Positions 53,370-63,698 of a DNA stretch of 64,000 nt are shown here, in pieces; position 1 is the stretch's first letter; each line of letters opens with the position of its first letter. The notes beneath the pieces were generated by a model that saw only the letters and a list, made by a program, of their open reading frames with translations, ran no database searches and was not told the DNA's origin. The position numbers and the translations under genes are program-made. The DNA lies in NCBI GenBank assembly GCA_900541805.1, contig UQLH01000010.1:185-64184 (forward strand). The letters are read 5' to 3'. Source of the stretch: an uncultured Collinsella sp. (GTDB lineage Bacteria; Actinomycetota; Coriobacteriia; Coriobacteriales; Coriobacteriaceae).

Positions 53370-54242
53370 CTAGTTCTCGTAGACCAGCGGGTGGCCCCAA
53401 CTGCCCTCGATCTTGCAGGTCTCCGCCGCAAAACCGGCAGCGAAGTCCAAGCTCTCGCGAATCGCGGCCTCGCCGCACTCGCCGGCCTTCTTCTTGGAAA
53501 GATAGGTGACCAAAAACGCCGTCAGCAGTGAATCGCCGGCCGCCATAGCGTCTTTGAGCTCCTCGGGCGCCACGGGCTTGATGCCCTGCTCGTAGAAGTT
53601 TTCGCCGTCATAGGCGACGGAGCCCTTGCTCCCGCGCGATGCGCATACGATTTGAGGGCCAAGGGCCTTCACCCACTCGAGCTTCGCCTTGATATCCTCC
53701 AGGGAAGCGTCGCCCATGGACATAAAGGCGTACGTCACAAATGGCGCAATCTGCCCGAAGTACTCGTCGGTGGAGTCATCGGAGAAGTCGAAGCTGATAG
53801 GCACGCCGGCAGCCTTGATCTTGGGGAGCTCGCGCTCGGTGAAGCAGTAGTTGCCGCTGTGCACCAAATCGAAGCCGCTGACGTACTCGGCGGCGAAGCG
53901 GTCTATCACGTAGCGCATGTCGCCACGTATGCCGCCTTCATTGGAGCCCAGGAAGATACGGTCCCCGGTCTCGTCAACGGTCACGCGAGCGGCGCCGTTG
54001 ACGCCCAGGACCTGCTGGCAGCGAAGAAGCTCGACGCCCTCGTCCTCGAGCGATGCTATAACGTGCTCGGCCTCCTCATCTGATCCGAAGATTCCCATGT
54101 AGGCGCTGCGATCGACGCCGAGCTTCTTGGCGAAGACGGCGAAGTTAACTGCATTGCCGCCGGGATACATGGTCTTGATGTGCTCGTACTTATCGACAAC
54201 GTTGTCTCCAAAGCCAAGCACGCTTATAGGATAGGCTGCCAT
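53370..54242 (-). CDS. frlD: Fructoselysine 6-kinase (PfkB family)
   Basis: GDNVVDKY, YPGGNAVN, SFDFSD and DAMAAGDS; operon context. Confidence 0.85.
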   Translation of the reverse strand: MAAYPISVLGFGDNVVDKYEHIKTMYPGGNAVNFAVFAKKLGVDRSAYMGIFGSDEEAEHVIASLEDEGVELLRCQQVLGVNGAARVTVDETGDRIFLGSNEGGIRGDMRYVIDRFAAEYVSGFDLVHSGNYCFTERELPKIKAAGVPISFDFSDDSTDEYFGQIAPFVTYAFMSMGDASLEDIKAKLEWVKALGPQIVCASRGSKGSVAYDGENFYEQGIKPVAPEELKDAMAAGDSLLTAFLVTYLSKKKAGECGEAAIRESLDFAAGFAAETCKIEGSWGHPLVYEN

Positions 54243-54341
54243 GGTTATCTCCATTCAGGTAAACCGCCGTGGTTACGGCGAGCAGACGGGGCGCGAGGGA
54301 TTCGCACGTCTCAACGCGCCTCGCGCCCCGTTTTAAAATCG

Positions 54342-55310
54342 CTAGTACTTCTCGATGCCCATGTAACGACGCACGTCCGGGTGATGGTCGAACACCTTGC
54401 CGCGAGCGGAGCGCAGCTCACAGTTCATCGCGTAGAACAGGATTGGATCAAGGAACGCGCGAACGCTCGCCGGTACTTGGTCCATGCCGTACTCCATGGC
54501 GTCGAGCACCATAAGAGTGTCGGTATGGGTCTCGAGGAATGCGAGGGCGCGCTCATCCATGGCTCGGCACTCACTAGAAGACATCTGCAGGAAGTAGAAG
54601 ACTCCGGGCTCGGTCACCTCGAAGGGGCCGTGGAAGTACTCGCCGGAGTGGATATAGGCGCAGCTCTGCCACTGCATCTCCATAAGCGAGCAGATAGCGA
54701 AGCCATAGGCCTGGCTAAACACGGGACCGGACCCCAAGATATACAGGAACTTGTGGTCCTGGCACAGGGCGGCAAAACGGTCGCAGAGTTCGGCGTTGAC
54801 CTTCTCGCGAGCTGCAGGCAGGATCTGGTCCATCTTGGCGATGCCTTCGTACATGTCGGCAAGGTCGGCATAACCTTCCTGCTGATCCAGGAGCTCGGAA
54901 GCGAGAGCCAAAGAGATGCCGGCGGGCACCTCCGCCTGCGGAACTCCCTCGCCCCACGGATATACCCAGCACGTCCACTCACCGTTATCGATGCCGGAAC
55001 CCGCGTTGTCCGTCTGCACGATAACGGTCGCGCCCGCCGCCTTGGCGATCGAGCACGCATCGATTACCTCGGGGGTGTTGCCGGAGTGGCTGCAAGCGAT
55101 GACAAGGGACTTTTCGCCCAGGCGCTTGGGACGCATGATATCGAACTCGCGGGCGGTATACGCCTCGCTGGCAAACGTAGTCGCCTCGCGCTTGAGCAGC
55201 TCGTGGGCGGGCAGCAGGTCGATGAGGGAGCCGCCGCAGGCAACCCAGAAGACGCTATCGAAACCGCCCTTTTCAGCGATTGCGTCGGCGATAAGATCAT
55301 GTGCGTTCAT
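54342..55310 (-). CDS. frlB: Fructoselysine-6-phosphate deglycase (SIS domains)
   Basis: VACGGS, SHSGNTPE, CSLMEMQW, HSGEYFHGPFE and RRYM. Confidence 0.9.
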   Translation of the reverse strand: MNAHDLIADAIAEKGGFDSVFWVACGGSLIDLLPAHELLKREATTFASEAYTAREFDIMRPKRLGEKSLVIACSHSGNTPEVIDACSIAKAAGATVIVQTDNAGSGIDNGEWTCWVYPWGEGVPQAEVPAGISLALASELLDQQEGYADLADMYEGIAKMDQILPAAREKVNAELCDRFAALCQDHKFLYILGSGPVFSQAYGFAICSLMEMQWQSCAYIHSGEYFHGPFEVTEPGVFYFLQMSSSECRAMDERALAFLETHTDTLMVLDAMEYGMDQVPASVRAFLDPILFYAMNCELRSARGKVFDHHPDVRRYMGIEKY

Positions 55311-55410
55311 TGTTATTCTTCCTTTCGATACGGCGGACGAATCCGCCAACGTTTACTGCGAGTCTTCTCGTCAAGCGTGTTGACTTCCCCACGCGAATGG
55401 GAGCTACGCG

Positions 55411-56268
55411 CTAGTCGACAAAATACCTCTCGAAGGCGTCCATGTTGTGCCGGTCCGCTGCTGCGGGATCATCGAAATACCTTCCATCGGTGATCTCCTG
55501 ACCAAGATAGCCCTCGAACCCATGCGCGTTGAGGACGCGTACGAAATCGTCCATACTGTGCTTTCCATCGCCCCAAACCAGATGGCCATATGGGTCGCCA
55601 TCAATGAAGCGCATGTTCCTTATGGCACCATCGCCAAACTCGGCAAACCACTCTTCAAGGCTCTCGCCGGCGACTCCCATAGCGGTAGTGTCCACCATTG
55701 GAGTAAGGTGCGGGCTGGCTACTTGGTCAAGCATGCGCCTGGCGTCCGCGAGTGTAACCACCAAGTTGCTCTCTTCCGGCCTCAGGCTCTCCATGCAGAG
55801 GGTCACGCCGTGCTCGCCGGCATAGTCCGCAAGAATCGCCAAGTGCTCGGCAGAGCGCTTCCAAGCCTCCTCGCGGTCCTCGTCCCAATCGCCCCAACCG
55901 AAGTTGATGGACATATACGGGGCGCCGAGCACCTCGGCGAGCTCGATGCCGTGCTTAAAGTAAGCGAGGCTCCGCTGCGCGTGGAGGGGCTTTCTGGCAG
56001 CGTACTGCCACGGATACACCACGTTCTCCGGACACAGGGAGCTCACGGAGAGTCCGCGGGACTCGATCTTGCGGCGAAGCTCGTCGGCCTCGAAATACCC
56101 CGTGTGGTCCAGCGTCACGTGCGGCTCGGCCGCCCAAAGCTCGATGGTTTTGAAGCCAAGGCGCTGCTGAGCATCAAGGAAGTAATCGAGCGACCACATG
56201 ATGTAGTGAATGTTCATGCCGGCGACCTGCTCGCGACGCAGACGGGGTGTGGAAGCGCTTAAATCCAT
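55411..56268 (-). CDS. frlC: Fructoselysine 3-epimerase-like TIM-barrel protein
   Basis: IELW...PH, MESLRPEESNLV, MVD, GHLVWGDG and GYLGQE; AGGAGG RBS. Confidence 0.78.
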   Translation of the reverse strand: MDLSASTPRLRREQVAGMNIHYIMWSLDYFLDAQQRLGFKTIELWAAEPHVTLDHTGYFEADELRRKIESRGLSVSSLCPENVVYPWQYAARKPLHAQRSLAYFKHGIELAEVLGAPYMSINFGWGDWDEDREEAWKRSAEHLAILADYAGEHGVTLCMESLRPEESNLVVTLADARRMLDQVASPHLTPMVDTTAMGVAGESLEEWFAEFGDGAIRNMRFIDGDPYGHLVWGDGKHSMDDFVRVLNAHGFEGYLGQEITDGRYFDDPAAADRHNMDAFERYFVD

Positions 56269-56280
56269 GCTGGGCACCTC

Positions 56281-57744
56281 CTACATCGGCAGTAGGCCGG
56301 AGATCACAGTCGCGACCAATCCGAACAGAACCATGAAGATAAAGAACTTCCAGATGGTCTTCCACCATTGCCCGAAGGAGATCTTCGCCACGGCAAGACC
56401 CGCGACGGTCATGCCCGCAACGGGGCTGATGGTGTTGACGGTCTGGTTCGCGAACTGCAGAGCGGTGACGGCAGCCCCGGGATTGAGGCCCATAAGCTCG
56501 GTCAGCGGGCCCATGACGGGCATGGTGAGTGCAGCGAGGCCGGAGCTGGAAGGAACCAGCAGCGAAAGCAGGCCGAGGACGATGTACATGAAGGTGGTAT
56601 AGATGAAGGACGGAGCGCCCGCAAGGAGTCCGACGAGCCAGTTAAGAATAGAGTCGATGATCATTCCGCCCTCTGCGACGACCAGGATGCCGCGGGCGAT
56701 GCCGATGATGCAGGCTGCGTAGGCGAAGTCGGCGATTCCGCGGACGAACTCCTCCGCAATGGTCTTCTCGTCCAGGCCGCCGAGTATGCCGGCAAGAAGG
56801 CCCATGGCCAGGAACACCATGGAGATCTCGTCCATATACCAGCCCTGGGTAACGAGGCCCCACACGATAACGCCCATGCCGACCGCGAAATCAATGAGGA
56901 CGAGCTTGTGGCGAAGCGTGAACTCCTCTTCGATAGAGGCATCGGTGACAGAGAACTCGATGCGCTTCTGCTTATCGTCCTCATAGGTGATGGAGGACTT
57001 GGGATCGAGCTTGACGCGGCGCGCGTAGCGCATGGCCCAGAAAATGCCCGCGGCGGTGAAGATGACCCACAGGATGGCGCGGAGCCAAAGCTGGGGATTT
57101 CCCTCGATGCCGATAACGCCCTGGGCGATCAGCACGTTGAAAGGATCAATAGTGGATGCGCAGTAACCAAGGTTGGGGCCGAGGAAGCAGATGATGAACG
57201 CGGTCATGGAGTCATACCCGATGCTCAGCATGATGGGGATGAAGATCGCGTAGAACGGCAGCGCCTCCTCGGACATGCCGAACGTGGTGCCGCAGATCGA
57301 GAGCAGGATCATGGAGATGGGGATGATCAAGATGTCCTTGTTCTTCAGCTTCTTGATCACGCGGCTCATGCCGGCGTTTAGGGCGTTGGTCTTGGTGACG
57401 ATGGCGAACGATCCGCCGATCAGCAGGACGAACGCGACGACATCGGCCGCAGCCTGAATGCCCTTGGCGGGAGCCTGCAGGACGGCATCGATGCCCTGTC
57501 GCAGATCGACGGTCTCCCCCGTCTCCGAATCGGTGTAGACCTTGTCGACCTCTTGGTACGTTCCGGCTACGGCGACTTCTCGCTCGCCCGCGGCCGTCTG
57601 AATGGTCTGGCGGTCGAACTGACCCGATGGGACGATCCATGTGAGCACCGCGAAGAACACGATCAGCATGAACGCGATGGTGTACACATGGGGAAGCTGG
57701 AGATGGAATCTGCGCTTGGGCTTCTCCTGTTTGGCATCCGGCAT
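56281..57744 (-). CDS. YfcC/DcuC-family transporter
   Basis: LPHVYTI, TWIVPSGQFDR, GTTFGMSEE, PSSSGLA and MPVMGPL. Confidence 0.87.
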   Translation of the reverse strand: MPDAKQEKPKRRFHLQLPHVYTIAFMLIVFFAVLTWIVPSGQFDRQTIQTAAGEREVAVAGTYQEVDKVYTDSETGETVDLRQGIDAVLQAPAKGIQAAADVVAFVLLIGGSFAIVTKTNALNAGMSRVIKKLKNKDILIIPISMILLSICGTTFGMSEEALPFYAIFIPIMLSIGYDSMTAFIICFLGPNLGYCASTIDPFNVLIAQGVIGIEGNPQLWLRAILWVIFTAAGIFWAMRYARRVKLDPKSSITYEDDKQKRIEFSVTDASIEEEFTLRHKLVLIDFAVGMGVIVWGLVTQGWYMDEISMVFLAMGLLAGILGGLDEKTIAEEFVRGIADFAYAACIIGIARGILVVAEGGMIIDSILNWLVGLLAGAPSFIYTTFMYIVLGLLSLLVPSSSGLAALTMPVMGPLTELMGLNPGAAVTALQFANQTVNTISPVAGMTVAGLAVAKISFGQWWKTIWKFFIFMVLFGLVATVISGLLPM

Positions 57745-57798
57745 TCTTAACCTCCTGCCAGAGCAACGATGCTTGCCAAAAATCCTTCACGTATAGGC

Positions 57799-57869
57799 AA
57801 ACATCTTAGGTTGTTCTATGTATAACCTGCATGAAGGCGTCGGTCAAGAAACATATTAGGTTGTTCTAT
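57799..57869. promoter_or_regulatory. Tandem candidate GntR/HutC operator sites upstream of the frl operon
   Basis: AAACAT(C/A)TTAGGTTGTTCTAT repeated 50 nt apart (20/21 identical). Confidence 0.65.
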
Positions 57870-57941
57870 AAGTGGTAACTTTTACGCGCTAAACGGACCT
57901 GCCGCGGCAATACGAGAACAGCGCTGTGTGAGACAGAGCCG

Positions 57942-58676
57942 CTAGATATCGAAGCTGTAGCGCGAACCCACGTAGTACTGTCTGCCATAGCAGAAGCGCT
58001 CTCCGTTGGAATCGAGAAAGCCCGCGTTCATGAAGAACAGCGGCTCCCCTACTGGGACCTTGAGCTCGCGGGCGGCATCAATTCCCGCACGGGCGATCTC
58101 CAGCCTGCAGGGATCGGACGAGCAGGGATACCTACCCGTACGCTCCCCCACGGCCTCGAATATCGAACAATTGGAGAGACCGATATCTTTGAGAAATTCG
58201 AATCCATCGACAGGATAGTAGTTGTTCTCGAACAGGACCGGCACGCCGTCTGCGGTACGCACGCGTGAGACCAAGATGAGGTCAGAGCCTTCATCCAAGC
58301 CAAAGAAAGAAGCGAGGTCGCGATCGGCGGCAACGGTCTTGCGGGCAACGACGCGAGCGCCCGCCTTCATGCCGTTTTCAGCGCATGCTTGGGTAAAACT
58401 CTGAACATCGTCCTTCTGATGCACCTTGCGAATTATCTTTGTCGCGGTCACAAACGTACCACGCCCCTGCCGCTTGGTGAGATACCCCTCGCCCACAAGC
58501 TCCTCTATTGCGCGGCGAACCGTGACCCTTCCCACGCCGTACATCTTAGAAAGCTCAAGTTCCGTTGGAATCTGCGAGTCAACGGGATATGTCCCCTGTT
58601 CGATATCGCTCTTAAGCAAATCGAGCACCTGTTGATACAGCGGGGCGGAAGAGCCCCCATCCAGATGCGCATCCAC
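57942..58676 (-). CDS. frlR: GntR/HutC-family regulator with UTRA domain (FrlR-like)
   Basis: PLYQQ, IPTELEL, RVTVRRA and QGRGTFV; adjacent to the frl operon. Confidence 0.85.
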   Translation of the reverse strand: MDAHLDGGSSAPLYQQVLDLLKSDIEQGTYPVDSQIPTELELSKMYGVGRVTVRRAIEELVGEGYLTKRQGRGTFVTATKIIRKVHQKDDVQSFTQACAENGMKAGARVVARKTVAADRDLASFFGLDEGSDLILVSRVRTADGVPVLFENNYYPVDGFEFLKDIGLSNCSIFEAVGERTGRYPCSSDPCRLEIARAGIDAARELKVPVGEPLFFMNAGFLDSNGERFCYGRQYYVGSRYSFDI

Positions 58677-58930
58677 AAAAACTCTCCCTTTAAGGCGTTC
58701 GCGATCTCAACGACTCCATTCTACCGCACACGGAAAAATGAGGTTAAACACATAGGGGCCCTGCATGTTTGAGCGTATCGGGAATCTGGTCGCTGATTTC
58801 GTCCGCATTTGCTTGCGAAAAACCAAAACGCTCCTCGCGCTTGGCGAACACGGTGAGGCCCGCCGCCTTGCACGCAGCGATCGATGATGCTCGTGTGATG
58901 TTGGCTTCCTTCCTTTGCTTGCGAGGCGCG

Positions 58931-61684
58931 TCACTCGTCCTGCTGAGCCGCGGGCCCATCGTTCGGCGTGGCCTGCCTGCGCGGGGCATGCCGGGAATTG
59001 ATGTAGTCGTATGCGTAGGCGATCTCCGTGACGGGGACCTCCACGTGGTAATGGGCGGAAATGTCAGAGAAGCTCGTGCGGAATGCCTCGACGAAATCGT
59101 TGTGTTCATTGGCGAAGCGCTGCTCGTCTGCGTAGTTCTCGATGGGGCTTCTGGTCACGAGGCGCTCCACGAGACAACACAGGTGCACGTAGAGCCCCAT
59201 GCTCACACGAGCGCCAATCACGTCTCCGGTGAGCTGCTGGAGCCGCTCTGCGGCACTCTCGATTTCGCCGAAGAGCTTGTTGGGGTTAAGGATTGTGATG
59301 GACTCGACCACGTTCCTGAGGGTCATGTTCTTGACGAGATTCTGGTGGAACGTGCGCAAGCTGTCAGCGTCGAGCAAGCGTGCGAAGGCGCGGTCTATCT
59401 GGGCCGTTCCTTCGCCGGCGATGAGTTCCTCGAGCGAAATGAACGGGACTCCGTCGGCGTGCGGATTGTCCGTGCCGATGACCGAGCGCACGTTGTACTG
59501 GGAGAAGGCGGCATCCTCAGATCCGTTATTGGCGAGCTGCCGCCAGTCAACGGCGACAAGCCGCGCGGGGGACTCGCCAGGCAGGCTCTGCGCCACGAGA
59601 TCGCGGATCCGCGCAGCTGCGTCAAGTCCGCCTTCGGAGCAGAAGACAATCGCGTCCGGTCGGGCGTTGCGCGCCACGATGTGATAATTACAGGTGCAAG
59701 CTGCCGCAGCATCGTCGAGAACCTCTCGCACGGAGCGACCCGCGATAAGTCCGGCGCCAACCTCCACCGCAAGGCCGGTAGAGGCGTTGTTTATGATGCC
59801 GAGCGTCATGCCGGAGGTGGATTCCAGACTCTTATAAATATCCTGGAGCGATCCCATGTCCACGAGGATGACGACCTCGTCTGCGTAGGAGAAGCGGTCG
59901 ATGAGTTGCTGAAGAGGAACAGCGACGTCCGTAACCTTCTGGTCGTAGGGCATGTCGATGGCCTCGAAGACCCTCGTGTCAAGAATCCGATTGGCGGCGT
60001 CGGCGATGCTCGTGGCGGTCGAGTAGCCATGACTGAGGACGATACCGACGCTCCGACGACGCTTAGACGGGTCGAGTGCGAGTGCCGCATGCGCAAGGAC
60101 GAGCAGACACGTGAGATCGTCGAGTGCGATGCCGAGCGTGGCCTTGAGTTCATCAGCGATGCAGGCGCAGACAGTAACGGCAAAGCGGTTGCGCTGGGCC
60201 ACGACGCCGCGCATGCCGGAAAGCTCGCTTGCATGGGAGCTCTTCCAACGCGAGAGGCTTGCGGGCGGCCACAGCTGGAGGCAGATGCCCTGGGCGATTA
60301 GATGCGAGCTCTTTCGGGACAAATCGATCGAGTAGAGTTCGTTCACGGAAGTGACGACGCTGTCGGCGATCTGCTCGTATGCGTCGGACTTCGAGCGGCC
60401 CGGGTTTTGCCCGAACGCCAGGTAGTCCTCGAGGTCGCGGGCTCGCTCCACCAGCTGAGCGCTGCACGCGCCCCCATCAAGCGTGCCTTCGCGATAGCTC
60501 TCGTATGGCTCCAGCATGGCGTCGAGTACATGCCGTGCGCGGTCGTCCGCCTGGCTTTGGATGCTCCGGGTGGTGTCGATGAGCTGCATGTCGTTCTCGC
60601 TGCGCTCGAGTGCGGAGCCGGCAAGGATTGCGGAGGGAAGCTGGTAGGTGCGAATCTCCAGGCTGTCACCCTTCGTGTCTAGATAGGCCTCGGCGCAACA
60701 GTTGGTGATGCAGTCGCGCAGGCCGCGTACGTTCTCCTCGAAGTTGGTGCCGGCGAGGGCTCGGAAGGCTCCGCGACTTATGAGGATGTCGCGTCCTATG
60801 CGTCGGCCCTCCTCCTTGAGGAAGTGGAGAGTCAGTTCCTCACGCTCCTCCTGGGTGCGCTCGCGCAGAGACGGCACCTGGGCGGACATGGGGATGCGAC
60901 GCGTGAGGCTGCGGCACTCGGTACTGTCTGCCTCGTTTGAGGTGGCAAAGATAAGGCGCACAGCAGGGGCTGGCACAATGGCGCCCGCCTGTGCGGAGGC
61001 CCACTCCAAGAGCGCGTCCTGGGCAGCGGGTGAGAGGGCGTCGACGTCCTTGAGATAAACGATGCCGCCGCTCGCCCGATCTGCAGGCCCGCCATCTGCG
61101 CACAGGTCGTGAGTGAGCGCGCGGGCATCGTCTGCGTAATGCGAGCAGTCGATGCTCACAAGCTTGGCTTCCTGCTGCAGGACGCCGACGTTCTTGCCGT
61201 ATTCGAGGGCAAGTTCGGCGAGTAGACCCTTGCCGGTTCCCGAGGCGCCACAGAGCAGGATGGGCAGGCCAGCTGGCGGGTACTTGAGCGCGGCGCAGAG
61301 CTGGCTGATGCAGGGCGCAAGGCTCAGCTCGTGACCGATTGCGCGGTCGAAGTCGAGTCGCTCGCCGTTTCCGAGCGTGGCGAAGAGCTGCTCGACCGAA
61401 GGGTAGGTGCTACGCTCAATGCGAGACTGGAAGAAGCGTTCGAGGGAGCGGCGGTGGAAGTAGCACACCGGTCGTGCCCCTGCTTTCACCACGAGGCCAG
61501 CGCGCACGAGCTCGTTGAGATACTGACTTGCCAGGCTGCGCGAGATGGCGAGCGAGTCGGTTATAGATGCCGTGGTGAAGTGGTCGAGACGGTTCTGGAT
61601 GCGCCCGCCCCGCGTGCTGCCAAGCTCGCGCGTGATGCGATCGAGGTAGGCAAGCAGGTCTTTCTGTGTCTCGGGGATGTTCAT
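58931..61684 (-). CDS. LevR-like AAA+/PRD/EIIA transcriptional regulator
   Basis: LKYPPAGLPILLCGASGTGK, PSLRER, LSHGYSTATSIA, VDMGSL, YVHLCCLVERL; AAGGAGG RBS before MNIPE. Confidence 0.85.
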   Translation of the reverse strand: MNIPETQKDLLAYLDRITRELGSTRGGRIQNRLDHFTTASITDSLAISRSLASQYLNELVRAGLVVKAGARPVCYFHRRSLERFFQSRIERSTYPSVEQLFATLGNGERLDFDRAIGHELSLAPCISQLCAALKYPPAGLPILLCGASGTGKGLLAELALEYGKNVGVLQQEAKLVSIDCSHYADDARALTHDLCADGGPADRASGGIVYLKDVDALSPAAQDALLEWASAQAGAIVPAPAVRLIFATSNEADSTECRSLTRRIPMSAQVPSLRERTQEEREELTLHFLKEEGRRIGRDILISRGAFRALAGTNFEENVRGLRDCITNCCAEAYLDTKGDSLEIRTYQLPSAILAGSALERSENDMQLIDTTRSIQSQADDRARHVLDAMLEPYESYREGTLDGGACSAQLVERARDLEDYLAFGQNPGRSKSDAYEQIADSVVTSVNELYSIDLSRKSSHLIAQGICLQLWPPASLSRWKSSHASELSGMRGVVAQRNRFAVTVCACIADELKATLGIALDDLTCLLVLAHAALALDPSKRRRSVGIVLSHGYSTATSIADAANRILDTRVFEAIDMPYDQKVTDVAVPLQQLIDRFSYADEVVILVDMGSLQDIYKSLESTSGMTLGIINNASTGLAVEVGAGLIAGRSVREVLDDAAAACTCNYHIVARNARPDAIVFCSEGGLDAAARIRDLVAQSLPGESPARLVAVDWRQLANNGSEDAAFSQYNVRSVIGTDNPHADGVPFISLEELIAGEGTAQIDRAFARLLDADSLRTFHQNLVKNMTLRNVVESITILNPNKLFGEIESAAERLQQLTGDVIGARVSMGLYVHLCCLVERLVTRSPIENYADEQRFANEHNDFVEAFRTSFSDISAHYHVEVPVTEIAYAYDYINSRHAPRRQATPNDGPAAQQDE

Positions 61685-61981
61685 GCGGCTGGTCCTCCTT
61701 TCGTCCCACACCTTACGGGCGGGGTGGTGCTCGGGACGGGTTGGCGCCCGCGTTTTGTCACGGGCACGTGAACTTCGGCACTCCATGATACATCTGTAGT
61801 GGCATATGGCGACTTCTCGACACCTGCGCTCGACACAGCGAGCGGCAACAGCGCTGTCCGCCGAGCGCCTCACGGGCGTATCCCAACCGTAGGAGTGCGC
61901 TTTGCCACCTTTGACTGCCTCCCTGTCGGCAAGCGGCTCGCCGTTCGCTCCGTCTCTGACCACATCGCTCGAATCGACTCT

Positions 61982-62086
61982 GCCGCCGGCGCTGTGGTGG
62001 CCGTCGTGCCCGCAAAGGTCATCAAGCAGGCCGACGAGGTCACCGCGGGCAAGGTCTCCCTCGTCGACGCACTCAGGAATCTGTAG
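61982..62086 (+). pseudogene. dapH: 3' fragment of dapH (tetrahydrodipicolinate N-acetyltransferase)
   Basis: GAVVAVVPAKVIKQADEVTAGKVSLVDALRNL* matches the DapH C-terminal pattern VVAGxPA(K/R)VIK...K..L.DALRxL. Confidence 0.6.
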
Positions 62087-62232
62087 GCGAGGCCCCTAAG
62101 GCCGCCTCGCTGTCGGCAGCCCGGGGCCATGTGCCATCAGGGCACAGGACGAGTCCGGTCGCCGGAATGCGGCCGGACCCGTTGTTCGCGTGTTTTGCTG
62201 GGGGAGTCGCTGTGGCGACGAGGTTCACTGGC

Positions 62233-63669
62233 TTACTTTTCCTGTTCGCGCAGCCCCTTCGCCAAGGCTATGTTGGACAGTTTGAGTTCGCCATTCGTTA
62301 CCGTAACAGCAAGCGAGTGGCCGAACTTCTCGCAGACGCGTGTCGTGAGTGCGGTACCGTCGAGGTAGAGGACGAGGATGTTGTCGTCAACGATGAGCTG
62401 CAGGTGGTAAGAACGCCCGGACTCGAGCCAGACTGGCCTCCAAAGCCCCTTATCCATTACGCGGAACCACTTGTAACAGGGGCTCTTGTCGAACGAGAGC
62501 CGATTCGCGTCGAGGTCGAAGCGGTATTCGTACGACTCGTCGGTCTCGAGATTCTTGTAGGCTCGAATTGAGAAGTCGCAAGCGTCCCTGAACGTCACGT
62601 CTGCCTCGAAGCAGAAGATCTCGCCTGCGTTTTCGGTGATTACGCACTCCGTTCGTTCGTGGTCTCCGCGAAGCTCGATATCCGGGACGGCATCAGGGCA
62701 CTCGAACGCATCCTTTATGCTTTGGGGAGGGCGAACGCCGAGGGTGCCATTGGGGCGCTGGTACACCTCATGGGGCATAAACGAGCCACCCCAAAGCCAG
62801 TTGGCCCGGTCATCGTCGTTCTCGCGCGTGGGGACCCAGCCGGACAGAATCCTGCGCGATCCGTCGAAGGCGGTCCGTCCGGCGTAATACGCCCTCCCGT
62901 CGAAGGCGTCATCTCTCGGCTTCTCCCACGGACCGTAGAGATCGCGGCTCATGCGGTAGACGATCTTGTTCTCGTCGCTGTACTCAGAGTAGACCAGGTA
63001 CCACCAATCGCCAATTTTAAAAATGTCTGGCATTTCGAACATGGTGTAGAGGCCGGGGGCCCAGAAGTCGCCCTTGAACTGCCAGTGCTCGAGGTCCTTC
63101 GACGTAAAGTGAACGAGCCTGCCAGTTTGGAGGGTTTTGGAGGGGTCGTCTCCCTTACGCGTGCCCAGTACGAGGAGGTATTCCTTCCGGTCGTCATCCC
63201 ATATTACGAAAGGGTCGCGCCAGTTGCGCCCATCGTATCCTGGCTGAGGCGTGAGCTCTACTGCAACGCCCGTCTTTTTCCACGTCGCATAATCATCCGA
63301 GCAGGCCTTCGCCTGCATGAGCACCTGGGACGTTTTGCCTTCTCGCAGGTAGTTGCGGTTGAACCCGGTATAGAAAGCGCGTACCTCCCCTTTTGCCTCG
63401 TAAACGGTTCCGGCGTAGATGAACTGGTCTTGGTCGTCTTCTCCGCCGTGGGGGATCGCCGTTCCGTGTTCCTGGTACGTCACGAAGTCCTGGGTGGTCG
63501 CGAGCGACCACCCAAAGGGCTGTCCTTCGGCAAGCGGAGCGGGGTCGCGCGTGTCACGCTGGTGGTATAGATAGAACGTGCCGTCCTTGCCGAAGGGCAT
63601 GACGTCTCCCACCCACACGTCCTTCGGTTGGTAGAACAGGTGCTGGTTATTGGTCGGGACTTTGCGCAT
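62233..63669 (-). CDS. GH32-family glycoside hydrolase (beta-fructofuranosidase-like)
   Basis: WVGDVMP, WRDPFV, FEMPD and YYAGRT; C-terminal beta-sandwich. Confidence 0.85.
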   Translation of the reverse strand: MRKVPTNNQHLFYQPKDVWVGDVMPFGKDGTFYLYHQRDTRDPAPLAEGQPFGWSLATTQDFVTYQEHGTAIPHGGEDDQDQFIYAGTVYEAKGEVRAFYTGFNRNYLREGKTSQVLMQAKACSDDYATWKKTGVAVELTPQPGYDGRNWRDPFVIWDDDRKEYLLVLGTRKGDDPSKTLQTGRLVHFTSKDLEHWQFKGDFWAPGLYTMFEMPDIFKIGDWWYLVYSEYSDENKIVYRMSRDLYGPWEKPRDDAFDGRAYYAGRTAFDGSRRILSGWVPTRENDDDRANWLWGGSFMPHEVYQRPNGTLGVRPPQSIKDAFECPDAVPDIELRGDHERTECVITENAGEIFCFEADVTFRDACDFSIRAYKNLETDESYEYRFDLDANRLSFDKSPCYKWFRVMDKGLWRPVWLESGRSYHLQLIVDDNILVLYLDGTALTTRVCEKFGHSLAVTVTNGELKLSNIALAKGLREQEK

Positions 63670-63698
63670 GTCTCGTCCTCCTTACTGTCGCGTCTTTC

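Noticed and set aside
61685..61963. 93-aa N-terminal extension of the LevR-like ORF
   Set aside because: A strong AAGGAGG RBS precedes ATG 61684, and the extension looks non-coding
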